Shown: positions 13,188 through 26,210 of the stretch, piece after piece
How the letters are laid out: each line of letters starts with the position of its first letter
Position numbering within the stretch: position 1 is the first letter of the stretch
Origin: Eledone cirrhosa
Taxonomy: Eukaryota
NCBI GenBank assembly: GCA_964016885.1
Contig: OZ024740.1
Span: 264,988,001-265,052,000 of the forward strand
Direction of reading: 5' to 3'
Length of the DNA stretch: 64,000 bases
Program-made: the position numbers and the translations under genes
The notes under the pieces: generated by a model
What the model was told of the DNA's origin: nothing
The model's input: only the letters and a program-made list of their open reading frames with translations
Databases searched by the model: none

Positions 13188-13409
13188 TAGCTAAATAAAA
13201 CAGGTGACACACCAACATCTCTGTTGTCTTCTATTTATTCCAAAATCTACCGTTCATTTTGCATCGTCGTAGACTTCAAACAACATACTTCTTTATACAC
13301 TAACACCCTGCTCCAAACAAATTATAACACCCATTGATTTTATTTATTGATTTTATGTCACAGTGAATAACACCTTTGTTGGTTAAACACGTTTGGAACT
13401 GATCAACCA

Positions 13410-13600
13410 TTGGTTCACTGCATTTTCTAGACTGTATGCAGAAAATTACTGTTCTGATTGGTATAAACCTGTGACAGAGACTATTAAGCAAGTGTCTATT
13501 CAAAATCGCTCTACCTCCATTCCAACCATTTATACCGCTACTACATTGGCATCTGCACGTCCGAAGTCATTGCCCTCGTCTCACTTCCACTGGGGCCTCG
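13410..13600 (+). pseudogene. Highly decayed PLE RT C-terminal remnant
   Basis: SLHFLD...SVYSKSLYLHSNH...ICTSE across frames, resembling LPFLD/SVYxKPT/YLHxxSxH motifs. Confidence 0.35.
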
Positions 13601-13847
13601 CGTCTCACACGTCTCTCCTCTTATCAGGAATATTGTGTCCAATCTGCACCCAGGCACCACACTAGCCTCTATTCACAGACAATCCTCCACAGAATGTCAC
13701 CCACCTGGAATTGTCTCCTTGGACATTCCTTTTCCCAAGTAGTCGAGATTAAACCATTTAATTTGAACATCAACAGACTCAGTAATTGAAAACGTCATCG
13801 TTTTTGAAGAGATTGCATAGGTCGGCAACATGATCCTTCGAAAGTAT

Positions 13848-13887
<40 letters not shown>

Positions 13888-13889
<2 letters not shown>

Positions 13890-14450
13890 AGGGCGGGTAA
13901 AATTCCCGAGATCCATGGACGAGTTCTCTCCAGCGGTCCCTGTCCCTCATTATCGCTGCCATGTCCTGCGTCTCCAACAGACCGGTGTCTGTCCTTAGGG
14001 CAACAACATACGTTAACCTCGGTCTTCCTCTTCCGGTGTGTCCATGCAGGGGCTCACACAGGAGCACTGATTGCAGTGTCAACTCTGGATGTCGGTGAGA
14101 ATGTCCAGCTACCCTCAGCCTCCTCTGTGTCACTTTTGAGCTGACTTTTGGGAGGCACCCGTACAGCTCTGAGTTTTTCATCCTCAGTGTATACTGATTA
14201 ATGTTCAGAGCCATCCTCAGCATTCTCGTGTAGCACCCATCCACCATCTGAGTGAGTTTCATGGTCGGTGTCCAAGTCTCAGACCCGTACAGCAGCACAG
14301 ACTCCACTACAGCAATGAAGAGGCGGATTTTCAGGTCTTCACGAAGGTCTGACTTCCACACTGATCTCAAACTGAGGAACGCCGCCCAGGCTTTGCTCTT
14401 CCTCTCAACCACATCATCTTCCGTATTCCCAATCTTTGCTCCCAAATACA
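13888..14450 (-). mobile_element. 5'-truncated RTE-clade LINE (ORF2 C-terminus) ending directly in (TA)n
   Basis: YLGAKI..KAWAAF..VWKS..KIRLF...VESVLLYGSETW...GCYTRMLR..RRLRVAGH...GRGRP...DRDRWR; frame open for ~185 codons. Confidence 0.92.
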
Positions 14451-14558
14451 TATATAAAAATAACAAAATAAGATGCTGAAGTTGCATATATCGTTTAATC
14501 ATAACAATTATTTCAACGGTTCTCCATGCAATCGCGATGTCCTTCATGCATTAGCTGT

Positions 14559-14632
<74 letters not shown>

Positions 14633-14679
14633 TGTAAAATAAGAAAATTATAAAATTAACTTACTTACTAAAATTTCAC

Positions 14680-14755
14680 TCCCAACTAATTAGTTTCTGA
14701 AATGGAATAAATATACTTTCCGAAGAAAATATTGAGAATCATTTCGTCGTCAGGA
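14680..14755 (-). ncRNA. Type I hammerhead ribozyme motif in a ~130-bp element between (TA)n tracts
   Basis: CTGACGA-C-GAAATG...CATTTC-A-GAAAC-TAATTA-GTT-ggga; palindromic stem III AACTAATTAGTT; C.A mismatch at the base of stem II. Confidence 0.65.
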
Positions 14756-15030
14756 TATATATATACATATATTAGGTTTTTAAATATAAAAACTGGAAAC
14801 AAAGTGCGTGGAGAAGTTAAAGCAGCTCAAAATACGGTAGTTTATTATAATGAACTGTACATAAGGCTACGTATCCTACTTCATTAAAAAAATTTTTCAA
14901 ACAAAACATGTGGACAAAATGCTATTGTGTTAAAGATTATTACGCGTAGAGCAAATTATTCATTAAAGTATTACCAAATACAGTATCACATCAAATATTG
15001 AAGAATGAAATTGTATTTGGTAATACTTTA

Positions 15031-15067
<37 letters not shown>

Positions 15068-15074
15068 CGTGTAC

Positions 15075-15412
15075 TTCGTATTTAAATTTGTTGAAACAGA
15101 TTGTGTTATAATTAGGGAGGGTCATGCTGCCAATAAAAACACACGCATGTGCTAGTTTTCACTTCAATTTATTATAAAATTCCGGTTGGTTGTCCTACAC
15201 CAAGTGGGTGTAGGACAGAGCAAGGTAAAGACACAAAATAAGAAATCAGTCATTGAGGAGGTCACAAATTGTGCGACGAAAGACTTTAACAATATATAAA
15301 CCACCATCCGGTTATTGAACCACTCAACCGGAAATTTATAATGAATTGAAGTGAAATCCAACAGATGCGTGTGTTTTTATTGACAGCATGACGCTTGCAA
15401 ACTATAACAATA
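15075..15412. mobile_element. Family H3 fold-back (arms ~15098-15188 and 15324-15410); other copies at 13820-13852, 27270-27420, 28868-28925
   Basis: gtcatgctgccaataaaaacacacgcat...cacttcaatttattata and its reverse complement; GAAAC-stem-TTA half-hammerhead at the head. Confidence 0.75.
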
Positions 15413-15693
15413 TATATGACTATATATGCTCACTCCACTTTTCCCTTCACTGCATTAACATACTTTTGCTCATAGCTTCGAACTTACTTGCACACACACT
15501 CTTTTACTCACTTATATACACATTCATTTCTTCATAGCTCCGTACGGCCTTATAATAACACACACACAACACAAATGCTTACGCACGTGCTCAAGTATAG
15601 CTCTTTTTACGAAACGTTTTTTTCTTCTTCCATTTCAAGTAGACGCGCTCCATCGTCCACTTTTCTAAAAAATAAATCATACACAAAACGGAC

Positions 15694-15876
15694 CGGGTGA
15701 TGTGTTATTTCCTTGAGCAAGACACTTTATTTCACGTTGCTCCAGTTTACTCAGATGTAGAAATGAGTGTCGGACTGCCCGCCCAGCCAGTGGGATGGTG
15801 TTATCTTATGGCTAAAACAGCACGACGTGCTGTGTCCAGCGGCGCCGATTGGCGCCCGACAGACTGGTCGATCAAG

Positions 15877-15880
<4 letters not shown>
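15694..15880 (+). mobile_element. SINE fragment of a different (CORE/V-like) family
   Basis: ccttgagcaagacactttatttcacgttgctccag..actcag.tgtagaaatgag resembles CORE-type SINE central motifs. Confidence 0.55.
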
Positions 15881-15916
<36 letters not shown>

Positions 15917-16001
15917 GAAATTGAAAGGGAACAAAACAGAGAGGCAGTACAAACAAATGTTTATTAATTTCACGCTCTTGAGAGTGGGGTGGTGGTGGGG
16001 A

Positions 16002-16033
16002 ACGACGTTTCGGGCATAAGCCCTTCTTCAGGT
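16002..16033 (-). ncRNA. Canonical minimal PLE-type hammerhead ribozyme
   Basis: CTGAAGA-A-GGGC-ttat-GCCC-GAAAC-GTC, followed by AATAAA; the host element 15915-16033 is flanked by (TA)n. Confidence 0.8.
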
Positions 16034-16499
16034 ATATATATATACATTATATAGTGTATATAGTGTTCTCGTCTACCCATTCATCTTTTTCCTTGCACTA
16101 CCACATTCTCCTCTCCTCTACTTCCACGCCAACTTCCTTATTTTCTTGGGTAATGCTGGCCTTGTGCCAAAAGTAGAAACAATTATTTTATATCCACCTT
16201 AGTTTCAGTCATTGTATATTCTTGTTTACGTCTTCAGCAGTCATCGTCGACATTTCTATTTTTGTTGTTGTTGTTGTTGCTATTTTTGTTCTTTTTATTG
16301 TAGTAGTTCATTTTCCTGTGGCCCCCTTCCAGCACCATATCACCCTATCACCATACCACCATTATACACATGCCTATATTATTTATTCAAATCCCTCATT
16401 GCTTCTAATAAAATCTTTGTACTCAAATTTATTCACTTCCAAACAATGAGTAACTTTTTTTGTGCATTGATTACACCGGCCTCGCGAAGTCAGAGAAAT

Positions 16500-17020
16500 T
16501 GAGGGTGGGGAGGAGGGAGGGGGCGTAAGAGAATGAAGAGGATGAGGAGGGGGGTGAGGGGGAGGGAGGAGGGGAAAGAGAATGAAGAGGATGAGGACGG
16601 TGATGATAATGCGGAGGTGGAGGTGGAGTAGAGAAGGAAGTGGAGTAGAGAAGGACGTGGAGTAGAGAAGGAGGAGGAAGAGGAGGAGTAGAAGGATGAA
16701 AGGTTGAGGTCTCTGCTGATGATGATGATGATGAGGAGAAGGAGAAGGAAGAGGAAGAGGAAGAGGAGGGCGAGGACGATGATGATGAGGAGGAGGACGA
16801 TGAGGAGAGAAGGAGGAGAGGAGGGCAGAGGGGGAGAGCAGGGTAGAGGGAGATGAGGGGGGGGGGAGGAGTTGGGGGTTGAGGAGGAGGCGGAGTATGA
16901 TGATGATGGTGATGTTGATGTTGAGGAGGAAGAGGACGTCAATGATGATAATAATGGTGTTGCCGTTGTTAGTGATGACGATGACTATGAGGAAGGGGCT
17001 GAGGAGAAACATTACGATCA
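16500..17020. repeat. Purine-rich (GAG/GAT)n low-complexity tract
   Basis: Direct reading. Confidence 0.85.
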
Positions 17021-17914
17021 TCAATATCAACATCATGGCTCTCGTCTACATCATCTTCATCACTTCCAACCTTATCATAATCATAACCATAATCAATAAC
17101 ACTACTTACTTCCATTATTGTTGTGGTAATTATCTTTATTTCATTATTTAAGTTGTTGTCTCTTTGTTATCGTTATTGCTTATGCTGTTGATGTTATTAA
17201 CGGTGTTTGATATCATTGTAAAGTTTTCCACCGTGATTGATATGTATTTTGTCTTGTTGTTATTGTTGTTGTAGTTCGAAATAATTTCTTGCCGTCTCAT
17301 TTCTAGTTTAACATTGTTTCTAATCGCTTAATCCTTATATAGTTTATTTATTTTATTTGTTTTCTTAGTGCCTTTCGCAAATGGTTTTTAAAATAAGTTA
17401 CGTTTGGTAATTTTACTTCATTTTATTATTTTACACATGATTTTTTAAAATATTCTTTCACCAACTGCCTTTTGTATATAAATTTTGCTTAAACAATGGG
17501 AAACGATCCTTTAAACTAAATGAAAATAACAATACAGCATTCCAGAGAAGTCTCCTTCTTTTGCATTTTTCTTTCCAACTAATTTTACCATTCTTTCATT
17601 TTTTTTTCTCCTTCCATTGAAATTTTCCGTACAACAGACAATAAAAACAGCGACAATGATAACAATCATAAAAATGTCTTTTCGTGCGTCTCATGTCGAA
17701 CTTTGTACAGAAATTCAGTACATTTCAATGAATCGAATGTATTATTTATTATTTGCATTAAAATGTATTGACCCTCGAAGGAATGAAATCGGAGGTGTAT
17801 GCCGGGGTGGATTAAAATCCTAATAGTTTGAAACTAAATTAAATAATGTTAAGCATCTAATACTGTGTTCAGATCATCTCACAGGTAGAAATATATTTAA
17901 AAAAATTAATTTTC

Positions 17915-18050
17915 AAGCGTAGCTATATGTTTAAGAAATTCGCTTCGCAACTCTGTGATACTGAGTTCAGGCCTGCATCGCATCTTCTTGGACAAATCTC
18001 TGCTAATAAAATCTCGCGTTGATCAATGCCTTGTAAATGTACAGCAAAAC
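17915..18050 (+). mobile_element. Old tRNA-derived SINE, family C (second copy 59160-59330, minus)
   Basis: Degenerate A/B boxes (tagctatatgtttaagaa...gagttcagg) and similarity to the reverse complement of 59160-59330. Confidence 0.5.
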
Positions 18051-18199
18051 TGCAGCCAAATGACTGAAAGCAATAAAAGGAAGAATGAAAACGCTATATA
18101 ATCAGAGAAGGGGATGAGATTTTTACACAGTTCCTTGCAATTCTAGTGATATTGTGTTGGGTGTTCCCATTCAATGTCTGCACATATATTACCTGTTGG

Positions 18200-18640
18200 A
18201 ACAAAATAAACTTAACGATAAGTAGTATTTCATTGGTTTTCAGTTCTGAGGAAGAATGTTTAAGGAAAAGTTGTAATGTTGATATCAGGCGTTGAGACTC
18301 TCGCTATTGAGGTCCCCTTTGTCCTCAATCCTTGGACTAACGATTTACTTCAAATTACTAAAAGTGCATCCCATCTCAGGAAGAAGTCCACGGAGTGAAA
18401 TGTATAGTGCAGTGGGTACCACTTGATGTTTGTCTTGACAATGCTTTCGTAGCGCTTCTTCGCAGAGTGAGCACGGATATAGATTTTAATCAAGATTGTG
18501 GAGCTTGTCCTTCCACCACTTTTTCCTTTAAACGAAGCAAAAATAGGATAATGAGAAAAATAAATATAATCTCAAGAGTAGAGCAGATGTTACTGATCCA
18601 GAAGGAAACATATATGCCTGTGATCAAACGAGTTATATTA
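18200..18640 (-). mobile_element. Possible ancient CR1-like LINE 3' remnant
   Basis: Only scattered motifs, e.g. QLF.NILPQN near 18240-18275. Confidence 0.3.
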
Positions 18641-19244
18641 TAATGGTAGCATATTTGTCAGTGAGACAGATTATTCTTTTTTTTACAAAACTAAGATTTT
18701 AAACAACACTCTCATGTACCTCACACTTCAAGCATTAGGAAGAGTCATAGTGAAGAGTCAATGCAGCTTTATGATGGTGTATTGAAACATTTTAGTTTGG
18801 TGATTTAGTTTCCTAGGTTCGATATCAACATTCATAAGAAAGTGTATTGATTATTATACAAAGTTTTATGTCTGGTTCTTACGAATGGAAAAGCTGTAGT
18901 GGAAGATATTTGCTTTCAATAAAGTGGAGGAAACGCATTTGAAGAAGACATGGTTACATCATCCACATTAGATATATTGTCGAGGTCTCTGATAATAACA
19001 AGCATTTAAGAAAACTCTAATAACGACGGTAATGGTAACATTGATGACAATGCTAAAGATATTGTTGATCGTATTAATCTTTATAGTAGCTCTAGTTCCG
19101 ACCTCTTGGGGGAGTCGTGGGGGCACTATATTGGCATAGGGCATTTCTAGGACATTTCTCAAGCCTGAATACAGATTTGAATACAGCAGATTTCTTCCAG
19201 CAGAGTGAGAGAATGGAAGTGTAAGTGAGAAAGAGATATAGAGA

Positions 19245-19510
19245 ACGAATCGACCCCAGTACTAGACTGGTACTTTTTAATCTATGGTACTTTTTAATGT
19301 ATGAAAGGCAAAGTTAAGCGCCATTAATACTTGGCAGTATCGGTAGAGGGTCGGTCATGCTTTCCAGCATAGTTACGTCCCTTTACGATCTGAGTTCAAA
19401 TCCCGCCGAGGTTGACTTTGCCTTTCATCCTTACGGGGTCGATAAAATAAAAGTACCAGTAATGCACTGGATAATTGCTGGCCTTGTGCCTAAAGTAGAA
19501 ACAATTAATA
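19245..19510. mobile_element. Family A SINE (+, 19330-19510) preceded by an inverted fragment (19245-19320)
   Basis: Match to the family consensus. Confidence 0.85.
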
Positions 19511-20914
19511 CTTATAGTAATAGTCAATATCATGTTGATGTTTGAGTTAACGCGACATAGGATAATTGGTATAGTTAAAATTGGCAATGCTATTATTAAT
19601 AAAATTAAATACAATTTGGAACGAATGATTGTACATTATATTTGTAGCTGTTGATATTCTCCTATGACTGTTGTTATTTTATATCAATTATATAGAAATA
19701 ATCCGTACAAACTAATCTCAGGCAGAAGTCCTACAGACACGTAAAAGGTGTAGTGGAATGATGAAATTATAGCTAATAACAACAAAAAAAAACAACCTTA
19801 TATTCAACGGAGACACTATGGAGATTCTCAGAGTCATTTTATTATATTAAAAGTTTAGCTAGAGCAGGTGTTGCAGCTAAAAGAAACATATAAGTTTTTA
19901 ACAACTCCAGACAAATATATCGTTTGCTCCTGATATATGAAAATATTGCATAAACATATACAGTAAAAAAAAAATAATAATAAATGGAGCAATAAAGTAC
20001 TAATAAATCATTTAAAAAAATAGAATATTTTCAACAAGTAAAGCAAAATATGTAGGATTTGTTTGATTGCGTTGTAAGCATACATAGGGTTTGAAATATT
20101 AGATTCATTGTAATTTTAGACAAACTACCTGTACAATTGGGCACTGAATTTATGGATATTGCACAAGTACAACTTAACTATAAACTTATCTAGACATACT
20201 TGTAATTCATTTGTCTTAAATACTATGTATTTAAACAAATGAATTATAATTCTATGGAATATTTTTGAAAGTGACATTAAAATATAAGAGAAAATATTAT
20301 AGAAATGATTATGTTTGGAGATATGAAAAATATAAATATTTGTAAAACAAGCGGAGTACATGGAACATGACTTAGCATTGTCACAGAAGTTATGAATAGG
20401 TATTGCTGAGGTATGATAGATTGATAATGTGGAATGTACAGTAATTATAAATTTTATAGAAACAGTTAGTAAGATCACGGTGATATGTGGGCGAGTGTAA
20501 AATATGTTTTATAAATAGATATACAATCATATATAATAGGAATATACACGTCAAATATGACTGAAAAGTAACAAAACAAATCTAAGCAGCTATCTACTGC
20601 GCACCCACACAAATATATATGTATATATCCAGTAGAGATAGAAGCTTTCGAAGTATTTTTTAGTGAAGAAATTTTAGCCTGATACTGGGGTTTAGAACCC
20701 GACTCTAAAAATGGAAAAGGATGAGTATTAACGTACATAGGTGTCGAACCCACATTTTCGCTTATCCAAACCATTGTGCTACCATTACATCAACATATCA
20801 CACATCCCTTTCCATTCAAATTAGAAGCTATATTCATAGCAAGTATAATGACAAAGCAAATTTGTTTTGAAACAGAGAGCGAAGTTTGAAATTTAGTAGA
20901 AATGGAAGCTCTCT

Positions 20915-21210
20915 TGGCAGTATCGGCAGAGGGTTGGACGCCATGCTTCTTAGCGCAGTTACGTCACTTTACAGTCTGAGTTCAAATCCAGCCGAGGTTA
21001 ACTTTGCCTTTCATCCTTACGGGGTCGGTAAAATAAAGTACCAATAATGTACTGGGTAATTGCTGGCCTTGTGCCTGAAGTAGAAACAATTATTATTATT
21101 GCCGCCGAGGTTAAATTTGCCTTTCATCCTTACGGGGTCCATAAAATAAAGTACCAGTAATACACTGGTATAATTGCTGGCGTTGTGCCAAAAATAGAAA
21201 CAATTATTAT
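20915..21210 (+). mobile_element. Family A SINE with tandem duplication of its 3' ~110 bp
   Basis: gccgaggtta..tttgcc...agaaacaattattatt occurs twice (20991-21100, 21104-21211). Confidence 0.88.
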
Positions 21211-21580
21211 TGCTGCTGCTACCACTACATTGCCAAGGAAGAGAGAGAGCATGGGGGGACTTCCTATATGTAAACTATGGAAATATTTACATATTGTTTA
21301 ATATTCTCTCATAATTAATATCCACCTTAACTTTGTTATATATTTTTTTCTAGTATGAGGAAGTCGAAATTTTTAAAGACTGAAGCCGGTCCTGCCCTTT
21401 AAAAAATGTTTATCGGTTTCTTCATGATAAAATTCTATTACCATTTTCTACTGTATATATATACTTGAAGTATATACTATCTTTGGTAACTACGTTTCTT
21501 TTAGCTTCTGTTACGAAGAAAGCTTCATTTTTTATTGTCTATTTAACGTATGTGTTTTCATTTGTATACTACACACACAC

Positions 21581-21658
<78 letters not shown>

Positions 21659-22210
21659 CATACATATATATGTTGGTGCATGTATATGTGTGTGTGTCTA
21701 TGCGTATTTGTATAAATATATATATATATATATATATGCAGAGGTTATATTTAATTTAAGCGAACTTCAACCTTTAAGGTTCTCTTTTTTCCGGGTATGT
21801 CAATATTTATTTATAAAAAAATCTGTATTTTATCTGATGAAAGCGCACCATAATTTGCTTTAGTTGCCCTTAAAATATATATAATAAAATAATTATGGTT
21901 TTATAAATATAGTTTCCATTTATTAATATATTGCATATATATATATATATGTATTTATATATATATATATATATATACACATACATATATATGTTGGTAC
22001 ATGTATATGCGTGTGTGTCTATGTGTGTTTATGCGTATTTGTATAAATATATATATTATATATATACATTTGTTGTGGCGACTCAACACTAATTGATTTA
22101 ACAGATGATACCAAAAATTCTTTGACCAGAACCCTACTACTTTTATTCATGGAATATATCATGTAAATACAGTTTAATAGAAAAAGAAAGAAGATTTAGA
22201 TTGAGAAGCA

Positions 22211-22686
22211 TCTTCTTCTTCTTCTTCTTCTTCTTCTTCTTCTTCTTCTTCTTCTTCTTCTTCTTCTTCTGTTTCTTCTTCTTCTTCTTCTTCTTCTTCT
22301 TCTTTTTCTTTTTCTTTTTCTTCTTCTTCTTCTTCTTCTTCTCCTTCTCCTTCTTCTTCTTCGTTTTCTTCTTCTTCTTCTTCTTCTTCTTCTTTTTCTT
22401 TTTCTTCTTCTTCTTCTTCTTCTTCTTCTTCTTCTTTTTCTTTTTCTTTTTCTTCTTCTTCTTCTTCTTCTTCTTCTTCTTCTTCTTCTTCTTCTTCTCC
22501 TTCTTCTTCTTCTTCTTCTTCTTCGTTTTCTTTTTCTTCTTCTTCTCCTTCTTCTTCTTCTTCGTTTTCTTCTTCTTCTTCTTCTTCTTCTTCTTCTTCT
22601 TCTTCTTCTTCTTCTTCTTCTTCTCCTCCTCCTCCTCCTTCTTCTTCTTCTTCTTCTTCTTCTTCTTCTTCTTCTTCTTCTTCTTC
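22211..22686. repeat. (TTC)n/(GAA)n array of ~475 bp at a LINE 3' end
   Basis: Direct reading. Confidence 0.97.
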
Positions 22687-24185
22687 TACCACTTATTCTT
22701 GAGAGGGTTGTGTGGGCAGAGTCCTCAAACACGCCTTCCAATAGGTTCTGTCAGAAAAAAACCGTCTCCAACTGATCCGGCTGGATCCCTAAGCGTGTCC
22801 AAGTTCATGGATGTTATCCAACCATGTTGCTCAGGATCTATTCCTGGAGCTCCTACCTGTTGGTCTCACCCGTAAAATCTGACCAGCGATTCTTTCCTGA
22901 AACATCCTAACTACGTGCCCATAGTATCGGAGCTGTGATCTCTCCATTCTAAGAAGACTCTCTGATCTCCGAGCTACGCACTTTATCGAGTAACGACACT
23001 CCAAAGACCCTTCGGAGGAATCCCTTTTCGAGCGCTTGTATTCGCGATCGTATTCTTTATGTCGTTACAAAACTTTCATGACCATATTGAAGGGTTGGCA
23101 CGAAAACCGAATTATAGACAGCGAGTTGGGCTTTAACGCCTCTCTCCCTTCTTCTGATTACTGAATGCTGAAGCTGGCGCCTTATTGCTCCAGCTTTTGT
23201 AATTCTGCCACTTAATTCAGCCCTCTGTCTTCCATCACTCGTGAACACGGCCCCAAGATACTTGAACTTCTCTATCTGCTTCAGTGGAACTCCATACACA
23301 TGTAGTGTGCACTGCGCACTCTTCATTGAGAGGACGTGTGCCTCTTTTCGCAGCACTCATTTTCATTCCAGCCATGTAACACTCGACATCAAACCTATCG
23401 AGAGCAATTCGAAGATCATCTTCTGTCGAGTTGAGTAACACCAATTAGTCAGCAAATTCCAGCCGACTCATTTTACACCCTTGTCATGATATCACTTCCA
23501 ACCCGGCTGCAAATGTCAATCCTCTTCATGTAAATAATTGTTTCTACTTTTGGCACAAGGCCAGCAATCACCCAGTGCATTACTGGTACTTTATTTTATC
23601 GACTCTGTAAGGATGAAACGTAAAGTTAACCTCGACGGGATTTGAACTCAGACCGTAAAGAGAGGTAACTATGCTAGAAAGCATGGCGTCCAACCCTCTA
23701 CCGATACTGCCAATTCACCGCCAGAAAAGGTGACAGTACGCACTCTTGGCGGAGTCCGACTCCCATATTGAATGGTTTCGATTTAGTAACATTTATCACA
23801 ACACAAATACTAGGGCATTCTTATAGAGATCTCAGGGCAGAGATAAGCTGACGATCAATCCCATATTCCTGTACGGCCTTCCGCAGCCGGTTCCGAGCCC
23901 CGCGGTCATATGCTTTCTGAAGATCGAGAAAACAAGAATATACTTCTTGGCAATAATCCCACAATTTCTCGAATACTTGCAGCAATGTGAATATTGGGTC
24001 GGCTGTGCTGCGTCCTGGCGAAAACCATACTGTTCATCAACTAGCTTGGACTCGACAATCCCCTTGCATCTATTTGCCAGACACTTAACATAGACTTTGC
24101 CGGAGAGGCTTAATAAGAAGATCCTTCTGTAATTGGAAAAATCTCTCTTGTCTCCCTTTTTGAAATTTGGGATTATCTCTGCCGA
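22687..24185 (-). mobile_element. Decayed RTE-clade LINE RT, interrupted by a SINE
   Basis: FKKGDKRDFSNYRRISLLSLSGKVY..DEQYGFR; VLSPF|SINE|IYMKRID; VLLNSTEDDLRIALDRF; KFKYLGAVFTSDGR...VFVPTLQYGHES. Confidence 0.92.
23536..23722 (-). mobile_element. Family A SINE nested in the RTE LINE
   Basis: Full-length match; LINE reading resumes on both sides. Confidence 0.9.
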
Positions 24186-24189
24186 TTGT

Positions 24190-24345
24190 CATAGATTGAG
24201 AAGAATGGAATATAAAATAGTAAAATAGGAAGAAAAAGAGAAAAAGAAAAAAAAAACAGATAAGGGTGACACTGGCAAGGACCCTTGTGTGACAGAGAAT
24301 TTGATTAGGATCTGACCTAGAGTGCGGCGGTAAAGGGATTGTCTC
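24190..24345 (-). mobile_element. Short relic resembling the 3' end of the CRE-like element at 35790-35900
   Basis: gattgagaag..aatag/gtaaaatagga..gataagg..gtg.ca.a.gaat shared. Confidence 0.4.
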
Positions 24346-24606
24346 TCTTTGTTTACTTAGAATAAATTAAGTTTAGACATGTATGGGCGTCAGTATGTAT
24401 GAGTTTCTATAGGTACTTAAGTGCGAATATAAACTTTACCTTTTATCTGTCTCTTTGTATTAAGTGTATATTTCTAAAAATAGTTTTCTCAAAGAATCCC
24501 TGTTATTTAAAATCCCTTAGCCAATGACCTCTACCCATCCTCAAAATCTCAACCTTGCCCAAAAACCAGAAAACATACCAATACCACAGCATTTCAGTGC
24601 CTGTTG

Positions 24607-24656
24607 GCTTTCCTGGTGATTTTCTTCGAATGAAACAGTTCTAGTCCTGTAGAAGC
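24607..24656 (+). ncRNA. Family H1 hammerhead-like motif with stem I intact and one core change
   Basis: gctttc-CTGGTGA-ttttcttcgaat-GAAAC-AG-ttctagtc-CT-GTA-gaagc. Confidence 0.55.
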
Positions 24657-25308
24657 AATTTCTACATTAGATTTGTTGTATGCAACCGACTAATATATTG
24701 AGTACCTTACTTACTGTGGTTACCCGCGATTGAACCCGGAATATATATATATGTGTGTGGGGGTGTGTGTATGTATGTATGTTTGTATGTATGTGTGTGT
24801 GTGTGAGTGTACATATACAGTGAGTGAGAGAGAGGGAGAGGGAGGGAGAAAGAGGAAGAGAGAGAGAGAGGTGGGGGAGAGAGAGAGGGAGAGAGAGAGA
24901 CTTTTATTGTGTCTACTTTCACGGTTGTAATAATACTTTCAGAGAATAAAACAACTATTGGCGTAGGCTCCATCAAAAAGCTTACAATTATACATAATTT
25001 GGAGTAATTAGTGAAATTTTATATTCAAAGACGCACAATCTAATTGTTAAGTGGGCCATTTTAAACATAACTACTTTACATACACACATTGAAGTAAACA
25101 CGAGAGTGGAGACCTATATATATATGCGTTTAAATGTATCAGGGTTGTATATTGGTATATTGGTATGTGTATGTATTTACATATGTATGTCTGCATATGT
25201 GTATGTATATTTGTATATATAAATATATGTATATATGACTATACACATATATATCTACGTTCATCATTCTCTTTGTTTCTTCCCCCGTTCTCTCTCTTTC
25301 TCTCTCGG

Positions 25309-25408
<100 letters not shown>

Positions 25409-25627
25409 ACAATAAGATACGATACGTCATGTGACTGCTTCATCGAGTATAACTTGTAACTTGCCTCATGAAAATTTCAAGAAAAACAGAAACAATTATA
25501 GCTGTGCTGCAACACAATTTTTCTAGTTCGCAAAATATACTTCATCCAGCAATATTAAATAAAATACGATTATACTGATATATAAACTACGCACACAAAA
25601 TACACGTGCGCGCACACAAAATACACG

Positions 25628-25716
<89 letters not shown>

Positions 25717-25733
25717 GTCTAGGATACTAATTT

Positions 25734-25811
25734 ATCACCCACTGATGAGCATAAATTGGTAATTCTATTCACAATTAACTTTGCGGAACAACAACAAGTT
25801 GTCTGGGTGAT
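25734..25811 (+). ncRNA. Type I hammerhead (family H2) with GAAAC changed to GGAAC
   Basis: ATCACCCA-CTGATGA-GCA...TGC-GGAAC-AAC-aacaa-GTT-GTC-TGGGTGAT; perfect 8-bp stem I. Confidence 0.75.
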
Positions 25812-25935
25812 TGGTAGTTACCACAATTCCGATTTGTATTTATTTTCTTGATTTTTTTCTTAAATTGAGACAAGCGAACCCAATATATATATATATAAAT
25901 GTATATATGTATATATTATATATAAGTATGTTTTG

Positions 25936-25966
<31 letters not shown>

Positions 25967-26210
25967 TATATATATATATTCGAACACACAAACACAAACA
26001 TATATATTCATACATGTATATAAATATTTATATAATTATAATTGAAAATAAAAGAAAAACGAGCAGACATATAGATATATGTGTTCAAATCGTAAGGGAC
26101 CAGATTCGCTAAGGTGAAAAGAATACTAACTATAGACAATAGGGTTCGCTTGTCTCAATTTAAGAAAACATTAAGAAAATAAATACAAACCGGAATTGTG
26201 GTAACTACCA

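Noticed and set aside
16872-17099. Acidic/His-rich 75-aa ORF
   Set aside because: Product of GAG/GAT/CAT low-complexity sequence
19700-20900. AT-rich stretch with faint PLE-RT-like peptides
   Set aside because: Too degenerate to support by eye
21834-21865. CTGATGA-AAGC..GCTT, and CTGACGA at 8146-8152 (minus)
   Set aside because: No GAAA/NUH half follows, so not counted as hammerheads
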